From positions 9,127 to 73,126 of the forward strand of contig CAVWBZ010000014.1 in assembly GCA_963753295.1 (NCBI GenBank): a stretch of DNA of 64,000 nt. Reading direction: 5' to 3'. Numbering within the stretch: position 1 is the first letter of the stretch; the number at the start of each line of letters is the position of its first letter. A program made the translations under genes and the position numbers. This DNA comes from an uncultured Actinomycetes bacterium. GTDB taxonomy: Bacteria > Actinomycetota > Thermoleophilia > Gaiellales > Gaiellaceae. Below the pieces are notes generated by a model that saw nothing but the letters and a program-made list of their open reading frames with translations, had not been told where the DNA came from and searched no databases. This document shows, one piece after another, positions 30,229 through 40,490 of this stretch.

Positions 30229-31383
30229 TCAGGCGCTCCGGTAGAGCCGCGTAAGCACGAACTCACGGTGGCCGAGGGTCTCGGCGCACGTCAGTCGCCC
30301 GTTCGCCGTTCGGGCGATCAAGTCGAGCAGCTGCTCGCCTGCGGTCACGAGCGTCAACTCGCGCGACAGCAGCCCGGACACGTCGAGGTCGATGTGCTCG
30401 GACATCGTACGCGCCGTGTTCGGGTTGGCGGTCAGCTTGATCACGGGTTCGACCGGATGCCCAACGACGTTACCCTGCCCGGTCGGGAAGAGATGGAGAA
30501 CCGCGCCGCCTGCACACATCAGTGTGATGTGCTCCGCGGCCGCCGACGAGCTGTCCATGAAGTAGAGACCGCGGCCGTCGGTCGGCGCCTGCGCCGGCTC
30601 GAGCACACCGACGACAGCGCGAGCGCCGGTCTTCTCGATGTTCCCGAGCGCCTTCTCCTCGATTGTCGAGAGACCGCCGGCGATGTTCCCCTGGGTCGGC
30701 TGCGAGCCAAGAAGGTCCGCACCGTTCGCCTCGATCGAGGAGACATAGGTCGTGTAGAGATCGAGGAAGCGTGATCGAACTGAGTCGTCGGCGCATCGCG
30801 CGGCGATCAAATGCTCCCCTCCCGTCAGCTCCGGCGTCTCGCCGAACAGCACCGTGGCACCGGCGTCGACGAGAGCGTCGACGGCCACGCCGACCGTCGG
30901 GCACGAGCCAAGCCCCGTCGTCGTGTCCGATTCACCGCATTTGATGCTGACCGTGAGCTCGCCGAGCTCGACGGTCTCGCGGCGCAGCTCCGAGGCGTGC
31001 TGGACCAGGCGTTGCGCGGCGTGCGAGGCGCGCCGGATGACCTCGAGGTCGCCGTATCCCTCGATCGAGAACGCCTCAACCGGCTTGCCGGTCGCCGCGA
31101 TCCCCTCCGCCACGCGAGCGGTCCAGTTGGGCTCGATGCCGATTACGACCGCGGCCGCGACGTTCGGGTTACTGCCGGTGCCGATCAGCGTGCGAAAGTG
31201 CAGCTCCAGATCTTCGCCGTACTGGAGCCTCCCGTACGCGTGCGGGAGCGGCAGTGTCGCCGCCACTTGCGATGCAACGGAGCGCGTTGCGGCGTTCGAG
31301 AGATCGTCGACCGGGAGGACGACAACGTGGTTGCGGACGCCGACCGAGCCGTTCTCGCGCCGGAAGCCTTCGACGCCTACCAT
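30229..31383 (-). CDS. UxaA-family sugar-acid dehydratase, large (C-terminal) subunit
   Basis: 384 aa. Pattern resembles the altronate/galactarate dehydratase C-terminal domain. Its start overlaps the stop of the small SAF subunit gene. Confidence 0.8.
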   Translation of the reverse strand: MVGVEGFRRENGSVGVRNHVVVLPVDDLSNAATRSVASQVAATLPLPHAYGRLQYGEDLELHFRTLIGTGSNPNVAAAVVIGIEPNWTARVAEGIAATGKPVEAFSIEGYGDLEVIRRASHAAQRLVQHASELRRETVELGELTVSIKCGESDTTTGLGSCPTVGVAVDALVDAGATVLFGETPELTGGEHLIAARCADDSVRSRFLDLYTTYVSSIEANGADLLGSQPTQGNIAGGLSTIEEKALGNIEKTGARAVVGVLEPAQAPTDGRGLYFMDSSSAAAEHITLMCAGGAVLHLFPTGQGNVVGHPVEPVIKLTANPNTARTMSEHIDLDVSGLLSRELTLVTAGEQLLDLIARTANGRLTCAETLGHREFVLTRLYRSA

Positions 31384-31658
31384 CGTGCGCTCTTCAGGTT
31401 GTGGGTGTGGACGTACGCGCCGGCCGTGAGACCACGGGGCGCGGTACCGATCGGGATGCCGTACTCGAGCACGGTGGCGCCGGCGAGAACTTCGGCTATC
31501 GCGATCTTGTGACCGAAGGGCACCGCATCGGCGGCTGTGAGCGCGATCGTCGAGTCATCGTCCATGAAGACTCCCTCGACGTCCTCGCCGCCCACGATTT
31601 CGGCCACCGCGACGCCGACATGGTCGCCGCGCTTGTGGACGAGGAACTTGTGATTCAT
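31377..31658 (-). CDS. UxaA-family dehydratase small subunit (SAF domain)
   Basis: 93 aa. ...GDHVGVAV...IPFGHKIA...HTHN is the SAF/UxaA N-terminal pattern. Confidence 0.75.
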   Translation of the reverse strand: MNHKFLVHKRGDHVGVAVAEIVGGEDVEGVFMDDDSTIALTAADAVPFGHKIAIAEVLAGATVLEYGIPIGTAPRGLTAGAYVHTHNLKSARW

Positions 31659-31661
31659 CGA

Positions 31662-32000
31662 TCACCTCCTGTTGGCTATGAATTCGTCGACCTTCGACCG
31701 GATGCCGGGGTCGAGGGGTCGGGACGCGGCGACGCGCTCGTCGAAGACGAGAGCACGTGCTGTGTCCGCCCCGGCGCGTGCGGCGACGTAGGTTGCGATG
31801 TCCCGGTAGAAGGCGGCGTCGGCCGGAGCCGACGGGTTGAAGAGTTCGACACCGTCCGCCTCGATGTCAATCAGCGCGCGGAGCAGGTAGAGACCATCCT
31901 CGTGTCCGAGCGAGCCGTCCTCGACCAGCCCGAGGGTGCGCCGCATGGCCGACGAGACGAGCGGCTCGAACATCTCCGCCCTGCTGGCAGCATCAGGCAT
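31662..32000 (-). CDS. hypothetical protein (112 aa)
   Basis: An ORF wedged in the operon with an 8-nt overlap on the upstream gene's stop. No family recognised. Confidence 0.4.
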   Translation of the reverse strand: MPDAASRAEMFEPLVSSAMRRTLGLVEDGSLGHEDGLYLLRALIDIEADGVELFNPSAPADAAFYRDIATYVAARAGADTARALVFDERVAASRPLDPGIRSKVDEFIANRR

Positions 32001-32403
32001 GTGCGGCCCTCGCGATCGCCACTACGCCGAATGCGAGCAGGACTCCCGCTATCGCGATGACCAGCTTGTTGAGCAGGGATCGCCTTGCGCGGGTCGCTGC
32101 ATAGTCGACGAGGGCGAGCCGGATTCCAAGCCCCCCGTGGGCGAGCGCCGCCGCAAGCATCGTCCCATCCCAGGCAATCCAGACGGCGGACGACAGCCGA
32201 CGCGCAACGAATGCTGCGTTGTCGTGTGCGACGTCGGTCACGATGTGCGTCACGGCGAAGTGACCGAGCACGAGTATGGAGAGCACGACGCCGGTGACTC
32301 TGAGCGCGACGTAGCTCGCGAGCCGGCTCTGCGCGGCGGCGGGCGGTTCGGGGGCGGAGGGGCGCTCCCACGCCGCCGGACGCCGCGCCGAGACCGCCCT
32401 CAT
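31993..32403 (-). CDS. succinate dehydrogenase/fumarate reductase membrane anchor (SdhD-like)
   Basis: 136 aa from ATG 32403 (ATGA overlap). Three hydrophobic helices with conserved His (LRVTGVVLSILVLGHFAVTHI). Confidence 0.55.
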   Translation of the reverse strand: MRAVSARRPAAWERPSAPEPPAAAQSRLASYVALRVTGVVLSILVLGHFAVTHIVTDVAHDNAAFVARRLSSAVWIAWDGTMLAAALAHGGLGIRLALVDYAATRARRSLLNKLVIAIAGVLLAFGVVAIARAAHA

Positions 32404-32882
32404 CGGAAGAGGGGGGCGAGGATGAAACCGCTGCCCGCCGTCCCGAGTACCGCGGTCGTCGCGATGACCATGCTTAGCGCGCGTCCTGACCAGAAGGGCG
32501 AGGCGGTGAGGTCGAGTGCCACGAGCCGCAGCCCGTTCGCAGTGTGGAACAGCACGGCGAAGAGCAGGCCGCATTCGAACAGGCGCAACGGCGGCGAGCC
32601 GTACAGCCGTTGCACCTCGTCGTACAGATGGCGTGACACGCTGTAGAGGGCGACGTCGAGGATGTGCAGTGCGAGGAATGTGGAGCACCCGAAGCCGGAG
32701 ATGCGATGCGCGAGGAACGCGGCGCGACCGAGCTGGCCGTGGTCCTGCGCCCTGGAGAAGACGGCGAACCCCAGCGTGCGGCCTCCGTGGACCGCGCTGC
32801 CGATCACGAGCGAGGTGTAGGCCGTCAGGGTGGCGAGCACGACGAGCAGCCCGGCAACGAATGCGATCTGGACCGCGCTCAC
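32400..32882 (-). CDS. succinate dehydrogenase cytochrome b subunit (SdhC-like)
   Basis: 160 aa from GTG 32882 (GTGA overlap with the flavoprotein stop). AHRISGFG...LALHIL...FHTANGLR motifs. Confidence 0.55.
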   Translation of the reverse strand: MSAVQIAFVAGLLVVLATLTAYTSLVIGSAVHGGRTLGFAVFSRAQDHGQLGRAAFLAHRISGFGCSTFLALHILDVALYSVSRHLYDEVQRLYGSPPLRLFECGLLFAVLFHTANGLRLVALDLTASPFWSGRALSMVIATTAVLGTAGSGFILAPLFR

Positions 32883-34648
32883 GGGCGGGTCGGAGGTGGG
32901 GGAGGGCCTGGCGGCATCCGCGTGAACGCGACGGGCCGCGTCTCGACCTCGACGCGGCCCTGACGGAGCCGCGTCACGACGTAGCGAAGCCAGCGGTCGT
33001 CGCGGCGAAGAGGGAAGTCCTCGCGGAAGTGCGCGCCGCGCGACTCCTCGCGGTGCAGCGCCGAGGCGACCATCGTCTGAGCGACCTGCAGCTGGTTCAC
33101 CACGTCGAGGGCCTGCTGCCAGCCAAGGTTCCACTGAGCCGGTCCGGGTGCGGCTATCCGCCCGGCTTGCTCGAGGAACCCGTCGATGGCGACCTCCGCT
33201 GTCGCAACGCCTTCTGGACGTGAACGGACGAGCCCGCAGCCATCCCACATCACCGTCTTGAGCTCCGTCAACAAGTGATGGGGCGGGCAACCGGAGCGAG
33301 CAAGCGGCGCGAGTGCGCGGTCCACGGATGCCTTGACCTGCGCGCGGTCCGGCGTGCGGAAGCCGCGCGACCGTGCGAGCTCCGCCGCGGCATCGCCGGC
33401 GCGAGCACCGAACACTGTCGACTCGGCGACACCGTTGCCGCCGAGGCGGTTCGCGCCGTGCGCACCGCCGGCGTCCTCACCGGCGACGAGCACCCCACCG
33501 GGTAGAGCCGTCTGGCAGTCGCGGTCGATCTATCCGCCCCGCCCATGTGGAAGTGCGCGGTGGGTGAGACCTCGACCTGGCTGTCGGGTGAGGTCTCGCG
33601 CCGATCTGGCGGGTCCGCGCGACCAGCCCCGGAAAGCGGCGTTCCATAACCTCCGCGGCGCCGAGGTGCGATATGTCGATAAGGACGCCGCCTGCTTCTG
33701 TCCCGCGTGCCGTTCATAGATCTCGGTGTAGCTCGCGCGGGCGACGACGTCGCGGGTCGATCGTTCCATGCGCGCGGCGTCGTAGCGTTGCATGTAGCGC
33801 TCGCCGAGGCGGTTGAACAGGTAGGCACCGGCGCCGGGCGCAGGCCCTCTTCGAGGACGGCACCGGATAGCCGGGACGGTCCGGCGAGCAGTCCGGTCGG
33901 GTGGAACTGCATCATCTCCATGTCGCGCATGTCGATGCCGGCGCGGTAGGGACATCGCGACGCCGTCGCCGGTTTTCTCCACGTGCCGGGGCCGAGATCC
34001 GGTACATGGTCGCAGCGCCGCCGGTGGCGATGACGATGACTTTGGCGCGCACGGACAGAGAAACTGGCCGCTACGGGACGTCAAGTGCGGTGACCCCGGC
34101 GGGCTCGCCGTGGTTCGTCGAAGACGACGTCGAGTGCGCGGACGTCCTCGAGTTCGCGAGGTTCGAGGCGGAACATCTGATCCCGTAGCCGGCCCATGAT
34201 CTCGATGCCGGTGAGGTCGCCGCGGTGCACGGTGCGGTCGAACGCTCTGCCCGGCGAAGGCCTTCTGGTGGATCGGCCATCGGGCCGGGGTGCGGTCGAA
34301 GAAGCAGCCGACGCGGGTTTCGAGTTCGGCGATCACCTTCGGCGCGTCACTGACGAGGGTCCAGGCGAGATCTTGGTCGTCGGCAAGGAATTTGCCGCCT
34401 GCTCGAGGGTGTCGCTGAAGTGCAGTTCGAGGGAGTCGGCGGGGTCGAGCACCGCGTTGTAGCCGCCTTGCACCATGCGGGTGCAGCCGGACCGCCCGAT
34501 CGCGCCCTTGCTGAGGATGGCGACGTCGAGGGTTGGGTCCGCGGTGAGCGCGTGCAGCACGCACATCAGTCCGGCGCCGCCGCTGCCGATGACCGCAATG
34601 TCGGTGTCGATGCGCCCGATCTCGTCGGTGGGGTCAGGGCCGTGCCAT
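32879..34648 (-). pseudogene. Sdh/Frd-type flavoprotein (SdhA-like), multiply frameshifted
   Basis: Recognisable pieces (DIAVIGSGGAGL; QFHPTG; AHFHMGG; GANRLGGN; ESRGAHFRED) are spread over at least four ORF-track frames (34333..34779, 33530..34564, 33268..33930, 32879..33493). The 5' limit is approximate. Confidence 0.75.
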
Positions 34649-35388
34649 GAAGTCTCCAGGAAATAACGCAGCTCGTCGGATCGCTCCGGCAGGATCGAGG
34701 CCTTTCGGGCATACCGAGGTGCAGCCGTACATGTAGTGGCAGCTGTCGACGCCGGCGGCGCCGCTGACCCTGCGGCCATCCGCTCATCGGCGGCCTCTGC
34801 GTTCGCGGCTGTCGGCGATCAGGACCATGGCGCGGTTGAGCGCGGCGGGGCCGAGGAACGTTCGTTTCGGCGTCGGGCGATGCCACAGCTGGAGTAGCAG
34901 GCGGCGCAGCCGATGCAGTCGAGGGGCGGGGCCTGATCACTGGCGTTCGGCGGAGTCGGGTGCGATGCGTGCGGGCTCGGTCAGCGCGTCGGTTGGCACC
35001 AGGTACGGCAGCACCCTGCGCCCATTGCCGCCAGAACGGCGCGGTGTCGACGATCAGGTCGCGCACGACGGGTAGTCCGGCGAGCGGTTCGAGGTGGATT
35101 TCATCGGGTCGGTTGGCACTTCGGCGTCTGGCAGGCGAGGACGTTGCAGGGGCCGTCGAGGCGCAGCGTGCACGTTCCGCACATCGCCACCCGGCAGGAG
35201 TACCGAAATGCAAGCGTCGGGTCGTGGTACTGCTGCACGGAGCGCAGGAGGTCGAGCACGGTGACCGGATCGGTCGCCAGGACATCGAACGCTTCAGCCG
35301 CACCCTGCTCGCTACGGCGGATCTTGATGTGGAGCGTTCGCGCGGCGACCGCGGGGGCATCCGTCCACGCTGCAAGTGCGACAGCCAT
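34634..35388 (-). pseudogene. Sdh/Frd iron-sulfur subunit (SdhB-like), frameshifted
   Basis: The N-terminal 2Fe-2S domain is intact (35101..35388: CRVAMCGTCTLRLDG). The downstream Cys clusters (LDCIGCAACYSSC; CHYMYGCTSVCPKGLDP) lie in other frames. Confidence 0.7.
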
Positions 35389-35466
35389 CCTGCGGTGGGT
35401 TATAGATCATCAACGCTGCTATTAGCAAACAGTTATGATTGGCGCGATCAGCCTTCCGCGGGTGGG

Positions 35467-35844
35467 CTATGCGCCGCCTCGCAGCTCGAGGATGGCGTCG
35501 ATCTCAACCGGGATTCGCAGCGACGACTGCACCGTGGTGCGGGCCGGTCGGGGCTCCGGGAAGAATTCTGCGTAGACCTCGTTCATCGCAGCGAAGTTCT
35601 CGATCTCGCGGAGGTAGACGCCGATCCGGACCGCGTCACCCAACGAGCCGCCCGCAGCCTCGGCGACTGTCGCGAGATTGCGGAGCGTCTGGCGTACCTG
35701 CTCGGCGAAGCCCTCGGGGATCTCCCCGGTCTCCGGATCGAACGGCCCCTGTCCGGAGACGAACACGAGATCGCCTGAGCGGACGGCGTGCGAGTAGGGC
35801 CCTGCCTTTGCCGGAGCTTTCGCCGCGTCGATCGCGTCGGACAT
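35467..35844 (-). CDS. RidA-family (YjgF/UK114) protein
   Basis: 125 aa from ATG 35844 with an AAGGAGG RBS. GPYSHAV...VFVSGQ...ARTTV...VEIDAI pattern. Confidence 0.85.
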   Translation of the reverse strand: MSDAIDAAKAPAKAGPYSHAVRSGDLVFVSGQGPFDPETGEIPEGFAEQVRQTLRNLATVAEAAGGSLGDAVRIGVYLREIENFAAMNEVYAEFFPEPRPARTTVQSSLRIPVEIDAILELRGGA

Positions 35845-35908
35845 TCGGTCGCCTCCTTCGTCGCTGTCGATCGGAAGCGGCACGGTAGCGTGCTGCGCCG
35901 GTCGGCGA

Positions 35909-36736
35909 TCAGGGGAGCGAGGCGGCGTCGAGCGCGATCGACGCGCCGAGCAGTGTGGAGACGTCACGCGCGTGGAGGCGCACGATCTCGCCGGTGTCGT
36001 CGACGCTCACGCTGTCGCGTGTGAGCTTCACGTCCGTGACGCTGATCGCGCCGACGCACGTTCCGCGATGGTCGATGAGAGGCGCGCCGACGCAGAACAC
36101 GCCGAGGCTGTCCTCCTCATCGTCGACCGCGTAGCCGCGACTGCGGGCGAGCCGAAGCTCGTCGAGCAGCGCGTCGACCGTCGTGATCGTCCGTGGCGTC
36201 CGCGCAGGGAGGCCGGTCTTCGAGGCGATCTCGAGCACGGTCTCCTCGGAGAGCAGCGAGAGGATCGACTTGCCGAGCGCGCTGCAGTGCGGTAGCTCGC
36301 GGCGCCCGACGTGGCTCTGAACCTGGATGAAGCCGGGGCCGTCCACGCGACCGATCACAACGACGTAACCGTCATCGAGCACGCCGAGCCTCGCCGTCCG
36401 GCCCGTCGCCTCGGTGAGACGGCGGAGTGCCGGCATCGCGACGTCGAGCAGGCCGGTCTGGCCGATTGCCTTGTCACCGAGGCGCGCCAGCGCGAGCCCG
36501 AGTCGGTAGCGCGGGCCGTCGCCGCCGTCCGCGATTGTCACGAATTCGCGGTGCCTGAGCGTCCGCACGAGCGAGAGTGCAGTGCTCTTCGAGATCTCGA
36601 GCTTTCGTGCGAGCTCTGAGAGGGTCATGCCGCCGGCGTCGGCGTCCGCAAGGTGCTCGAGAGCGGCAAGCGCCCGGTCGACGCTCTGGACGTGGTAGCG
36701 GCGGAGATCCTCTGTTGGGCCGCTACGCGGAGACAT
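35909..36736 (-). CDS. IclR-family transcriptional regulator
   Basis: 275 aa. N-terminal wHTH (SVDRALAALEHLA...LSELARKLEISKSTA) plus an IclR effector domain. Confidence 0.85.
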   Translation of the reverse strand: MSPRSGPTEDLRRYHVQSVDRALAALEHLADADAGGMTLSELARKLEISKSTALSLVRTLRHREFVTIADGGDGPRYRLGLALARLGDKAIGQTGLLDVAMPALRRLTEATGRTARLGVLDDGYVVVIGRVDGPGFIQVQSHVGRRELPHCSALGKSILSLLSEETVLEIASKTGLPARTPRTITTVDALLDELRLARSRGYAVDDEEDSLGVFCVGAPLIDHRGTCVGAISVTDVKLTRDSVSVDDTGEIVRLHARDVSTLLGASIALDAASLP

Positions 36737-36870
36737 GCCCTTCCAACAATCGGTCTTGCGGGCCGCTCACGTCAATGTCCGGTCCCCGCCCTTGACGGCG
36801 TTGGACCTGCCGTGCAGAATGCCGCATTGTGCAGAGCCGACTCCCGTTCGTCACAGCCGAACACTAACCC

Positions 36871-37845
36871 ATGCGGATCGATCGCGCAGCGAGGGACGTC
36901 GGCCTGCCGGCTTTCGACGCCGCAGCTGAGCCTGCGAGCGGAAAGCGGTTCCCCGATGGCGCCCACTTCCGTATCGAGATCCCAAGCGTCGAGGGGCCGA
37001 AGGTACTCGAGGCTGTCCTCGCCGCGGCCCGCGCGGAGGGCATCGTCGTCAACCGCGTATCGCAGGGCAGCGGCGCCATGCTCCTGCGCGAAGTCGAGTT
37101 ACGTGACATGGCCGCCCTCGGCTCCGAGACGGGGATCGAGGTGTCGCTCTTCGTTGGCCCCCGCGAAGGGTTCGGAGTGGGGATCCACCCACGCACCGAG
37201 GACGGCGTCGCGCAGTTCGGCCAACTGCGAGGCATGCGTCAGCTGGCGTATGCGGTCGAGGACATCGCCCGCGCAGTCGAGGCCGGCATCCGCAGCTTCC
37301 TTGTCGCCGACGCGGGGCTTCTGACGATTCTCATCGACATGCAGAACGCCGGCGAGTTGCCGGCGACCTGCATCTGGAAGGCGTCTGTGATGATGGCACC
37401 ATCGAACCCGGCCGCGCTCGCCCTGCTCGAGCGACTCGGGGCGAGCACAGCGAACGTCCCCTCGGACATCTCGCTTCGCGAACTCGCCGAACTCCGGACG
37501 GCGGTCTCGCTGCCGATCGACCTCTACCTCGAATCGCCTGACGCGCTCGGCGGCATCGTCCGCGGCAACGAGATCGCGGATCTCGTGCGGGTCGGGGCCC
37601 CTCTCTACGCAAAGTTCGGACTTCGCAACTCTCGTCCGTTGTATCCGTCTGGCGAGCACCTGGTCGCCGAGGCGTGTGCGATCGCGCGAGAGAAGGTGCA
37701 CCGTGCAGCGGTTGCACTCGAATGGTTGCAACGGCTCGACGCTGAGCTCGTGCAGTCGGCCCCGGGTGCGGAAGACATGGGTATTCCGCAGGTCGGAAGC
37801 CACGACACGTCAGACGCCGGGCGCGCGACGCACCCGGCCTACTAA
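36871..37845 (+). CDS. conserved hypothetical protein (324 aa), first gene of a long operon
   Basis: Clean ORF with coding-like composition. No family recognised with confidence. Confidence 0.5.
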   Translation: MRIDRAARDVGLPAFDAAAEPASGKRFPDGAHFRIEIPSVEGPKVLEAVLAAARAEGIVVNRVSQGSGAMLLREVELRDMAALGSETGIEVSLFVGPREGFGVGIHPRTEDGVAQFGQLRGMRQLAYAVEDIARAVEAGIRSFLVADAGLLTILIDMQNAGELPATCIWKASVMMAPSNPAALALLERLGASTANVPSDISLRELAELRTAVSLPIDLYLESPDALGGIVRGNEIADLVRVGAPLYAKFGLRNSRPLYPSGEHLVAEACAIAREKVHRAAVALEWLQRLDAELVQSAPGAEDMGIPQVGSHDTSDAGRATHPAY

Positions 37846-37864
37846 GTCGGTAAAGGAGGGAACG

Positions 37865-39451
37865 ATGGCGAAGCGCAGACTTCGGACGGTGGTCGTCGTC
37901 GCCGCTCTGGTGGCGGTCGCGGCGACCGCTGGTGCGACCGGCGCGCGATCGCAGGCCGCAACACGCGGCGAGAGTGCGACGCCGGCCAAGCTAACGAGCA
38001 TCACGGGTTGCACGACGTCGAAGGGCTCGATCACTTACGGGATCGCTGGCGCCGGGATCACCGCGCTCGATCCGAACACGATCTCGTTCGCCGGTCAGGA
38101 GCCACTCCAGACGCTCTTGTACGACGGCCTCGCGGAATACAACAAGCAGATGCAGGTCATCCCGGATCTCGCGACCTCCTGGACCTCGTCCAAAGATCTG
38201 AAGCGCTGGGTGTTCAAGCTACGCCAGGGCGTGCACTACGCCAACGGCCGGCTCTTCACCTCAGCTGACGCGAAGGCCAATATTCTCCGCGTCCTGAATC
38301 CGAGCGTTGCTTCCCAGGCTCAGGGCAACATCAAGGACATCCGGTCCGTCGACACGAACGGCAAGTACGGTCTCGTCATCAAGCTCGGTCATCCCAATGC
38401 TTTGCTCCCGACCGCGCTCGTCGATGTGAAGATGAGCGACACGACGAACCTCGCCGCCCTAAACACCACGGGCAACGGCACCGGCCCGTACAAGGTTGGG
38501 AGCTACACACCGAACCAGGCGCTGACGCTGGTCCCGAACACGCACTACTGGGGCGGCGTTCCGTGTCTGAAGCAGATCACGTTCACTGCCGAGCCGGACT
38601 CGACGTCGATGGTCACCGACTTCAAGGCCGGCAAGCTCGACATGGTCTGGCAGGTGCCGCCGGCGGACATCCCGGCTGTGCGGACGAGCAACAGCACGTT
38701 CCTGACGCCGTCAGCCGTGTCGGGTGCGCACGTGTGGGAGGTCGATACGACATCGCCGCCCTTCAACAACGTGCTTGCGCGGCAGGCGCTCTCGTACGCG
38801 ATCGACAGAAAGACGATGCTCCAGGCGGCGTTCTTTGGGCTCGGCACGGCGTCGTACGCGAACGACATCATCAGCATGAACAGCTCGGCGTACGACAAGG
38901 CGCTCAAGCCCTACACGTTCAACCTCGCGAAGGCGAAGCAGCTCTTCGACGAGGCCGGCGTCAAGCCTGGGACAACGTTCACATTCTGGGCGCTCGCGGG
39001 TCGTCGCGACGAGTGGATCACCATGGCGCAGATCCTCCAGCAGGATCTTCAGAAGATCGGCCTCAACCTGACCATCGTCAGAAGCGACGTCAGCACCTGG
39101 TTGGCGAAGTTCTACCCGGCCGGAAAGTCGTATCCGGGCTACATAATCGGAAACTACTTCTCGTTGCCACCGGATCCGTCCTATGCGTTCGCGCAGGTGC
39201 GGTATGGGTCATGCGAGTGCAACTGGAAGGACCAGACGTTCGAGAGTCTCGCCGATAAGGCGATCGGGACAAGCGATCCGACGGCCAGGCAGAAGATCTA
39301 TGACGAGATGCAGGCCATCGAGTCGCAGCAGTCGCCGGTAATGGTGATCGCGCAGCAGACGAACATCGTCGCCTTGCAAAAGGGAATCGTCGGGGCGTGG
39401 GAGGACGCCGCGGGCAATGTGCATCTGGAGGATGCACGGGTAACCTCCTAG
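37865..39451 (+). CDS. ABC transporter substrate-binding protein, family 5 (peptide/nickel/opine type)
   Basis: ATG 37865 after an AAAGGAGGG RBS. Signal-peptide-like N-terminus (MAKRRLRTVVVVAALVAVAATAGA) and SBP_bac_5-like length and pattern. Visibly less GC-rich than its neighbours. Confidence 0.8.
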   Translation: MAKRRLRTVVVVAALVAVAATAGATGARSQAATRGESATPAKLTSITGCTTSKGSITYGIAGAGITALDPNTISFAGQEPLQTLLYDGLAEYNKQMQVIPDLATSWTSSKDLKRWVFKLRQGVHYANGRLFTSADAKANILRVLNPSVASQAQGNIKDIRSVDTNGKYGLVIKLGHPNALLPTALVDVKMSDTTNLAALNTTGNGTGPYKVGSYTPNQALTLVPNTHYWGGVPCLKQITFTAEPDSTSMVTDFKAGKLDMVWQVPPADIPAVRTSNSTFLTPSAVSGAHVWEVDTTSPPFNNVLARQALSYAIDRKTMLQAAFFGLGTASYANDIISMNSSAYDKALKPYTFNLAKAKQLFDEAGVKPGTTFTFWALAGRRDEWITMAQILQQDLQKIGLNLTIVRSDVSTWLAKFYPAGKSYPGYIIGNYFSLPPDPSYAFAQVRYGSCECNWKDQTFESLADKAIGTSDPTARQKIYDEMQAIESQQSPVMVIAQQTNIVALQKGIVGAWEDAAGNVHLEDARVTS

Positions 39452-39482
39452 ACGCAGTCGGCTGTAACGGGCCTGGCGGTTG

Positions 39483-40490
39483 ATGCTTCGCTACATCGCG
39501 AGACGAGTCGTCACGAGCATCGGCCTGCTCTGGCTGAGCTCGATGATCATCTTCTGCCTCATGCACATGCGTCCGGGGTGATCCGACGATCACCAAGCTC
39601 GGCGGCGCCATCCAGGGCGTCGATCCCCGCGCCCTCCGGGCCCTTCGCCGGGGCCAGCTCGGGCTCGACCAGTCGATCCCCGAGCAGTACATCCACTGGA
39701 TCGGCGGCATCTTCCACGGGAACTTCGGCGAGTCGTACTTCAGCCAGTTCCCGGTCACGACCCTGATCGCATGAGCGGCTCCCGGCGGGACGCTCGAGCT
39801 CGCGCTCGTCGCCTTTGTTGTTCGCGATCGGGGTGTTTCTCGCCGTTCCGGCCGCGACCTTCGGCCTGATCTAGGAGGAGGAAACCGGTACTTCGACGGG
39901 GCTTCCTCTCCGCCGTCGCGGCGATCGGGCTCGCGACGCCCGCGTTCGTGACCGGGATCATCCTGATCGTCATCTTCGGCGTGAACTCCCACCTGCTGCC
40001 GACGCAGGGCTACGTCTCGTTCGAGGATCATCCGGTGAAGACCTCGGGAGGTCGGTGCTCCTGCCGGCGTTCACGCTCGCGCTTCGTCGTCAGCGGCGCC
40101 GATCCTGCGCGTGCTTCGCGCCTCGCTCAACGACGTGGCATCGGCGCCGTACAGCGCGCCGCGCGGCAAGGGCCTCGTCAACCGGCGAGGTGGGGTGCTG
40201 CACGTGCTGCCGAACGCGGCGATTCCGGCGCTGACCACCGTGGGCGTGGGCGTGGGTGCTCGGCGGCCTGCTCGGCGGCGCCGTCATCACCGAGTACGTG
40301 TACGCGCGCCCGGGGCTCGGCACGCTCATGGTCGAGCTCGGTGTTCAAGCGCGACTACGCCGTCCTGCAGGCGCTCGTCCTGCTCGGGCCGCGACTGCGT
40401 TCATCGTCTCGAGCCTGATCGTCGACCTGCTCTACGGCGTCCTCGACCCGCGACTCCGCAGGCATCCGCGGCGACGAGGAAGGACTGTGA
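39483..40490 (+). pseudogene. ABC permease (DppB/OppB-like), multiply frameshifted
   Basis: It starts MLRYIARRVVTSIGLLWLSSMIIFCLMHMRPG, then hits a stop. Permease-like pieces continue in other frames to ...LLYGVLDPRLR (TGA 40488-40490). Confidence 0.7.
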
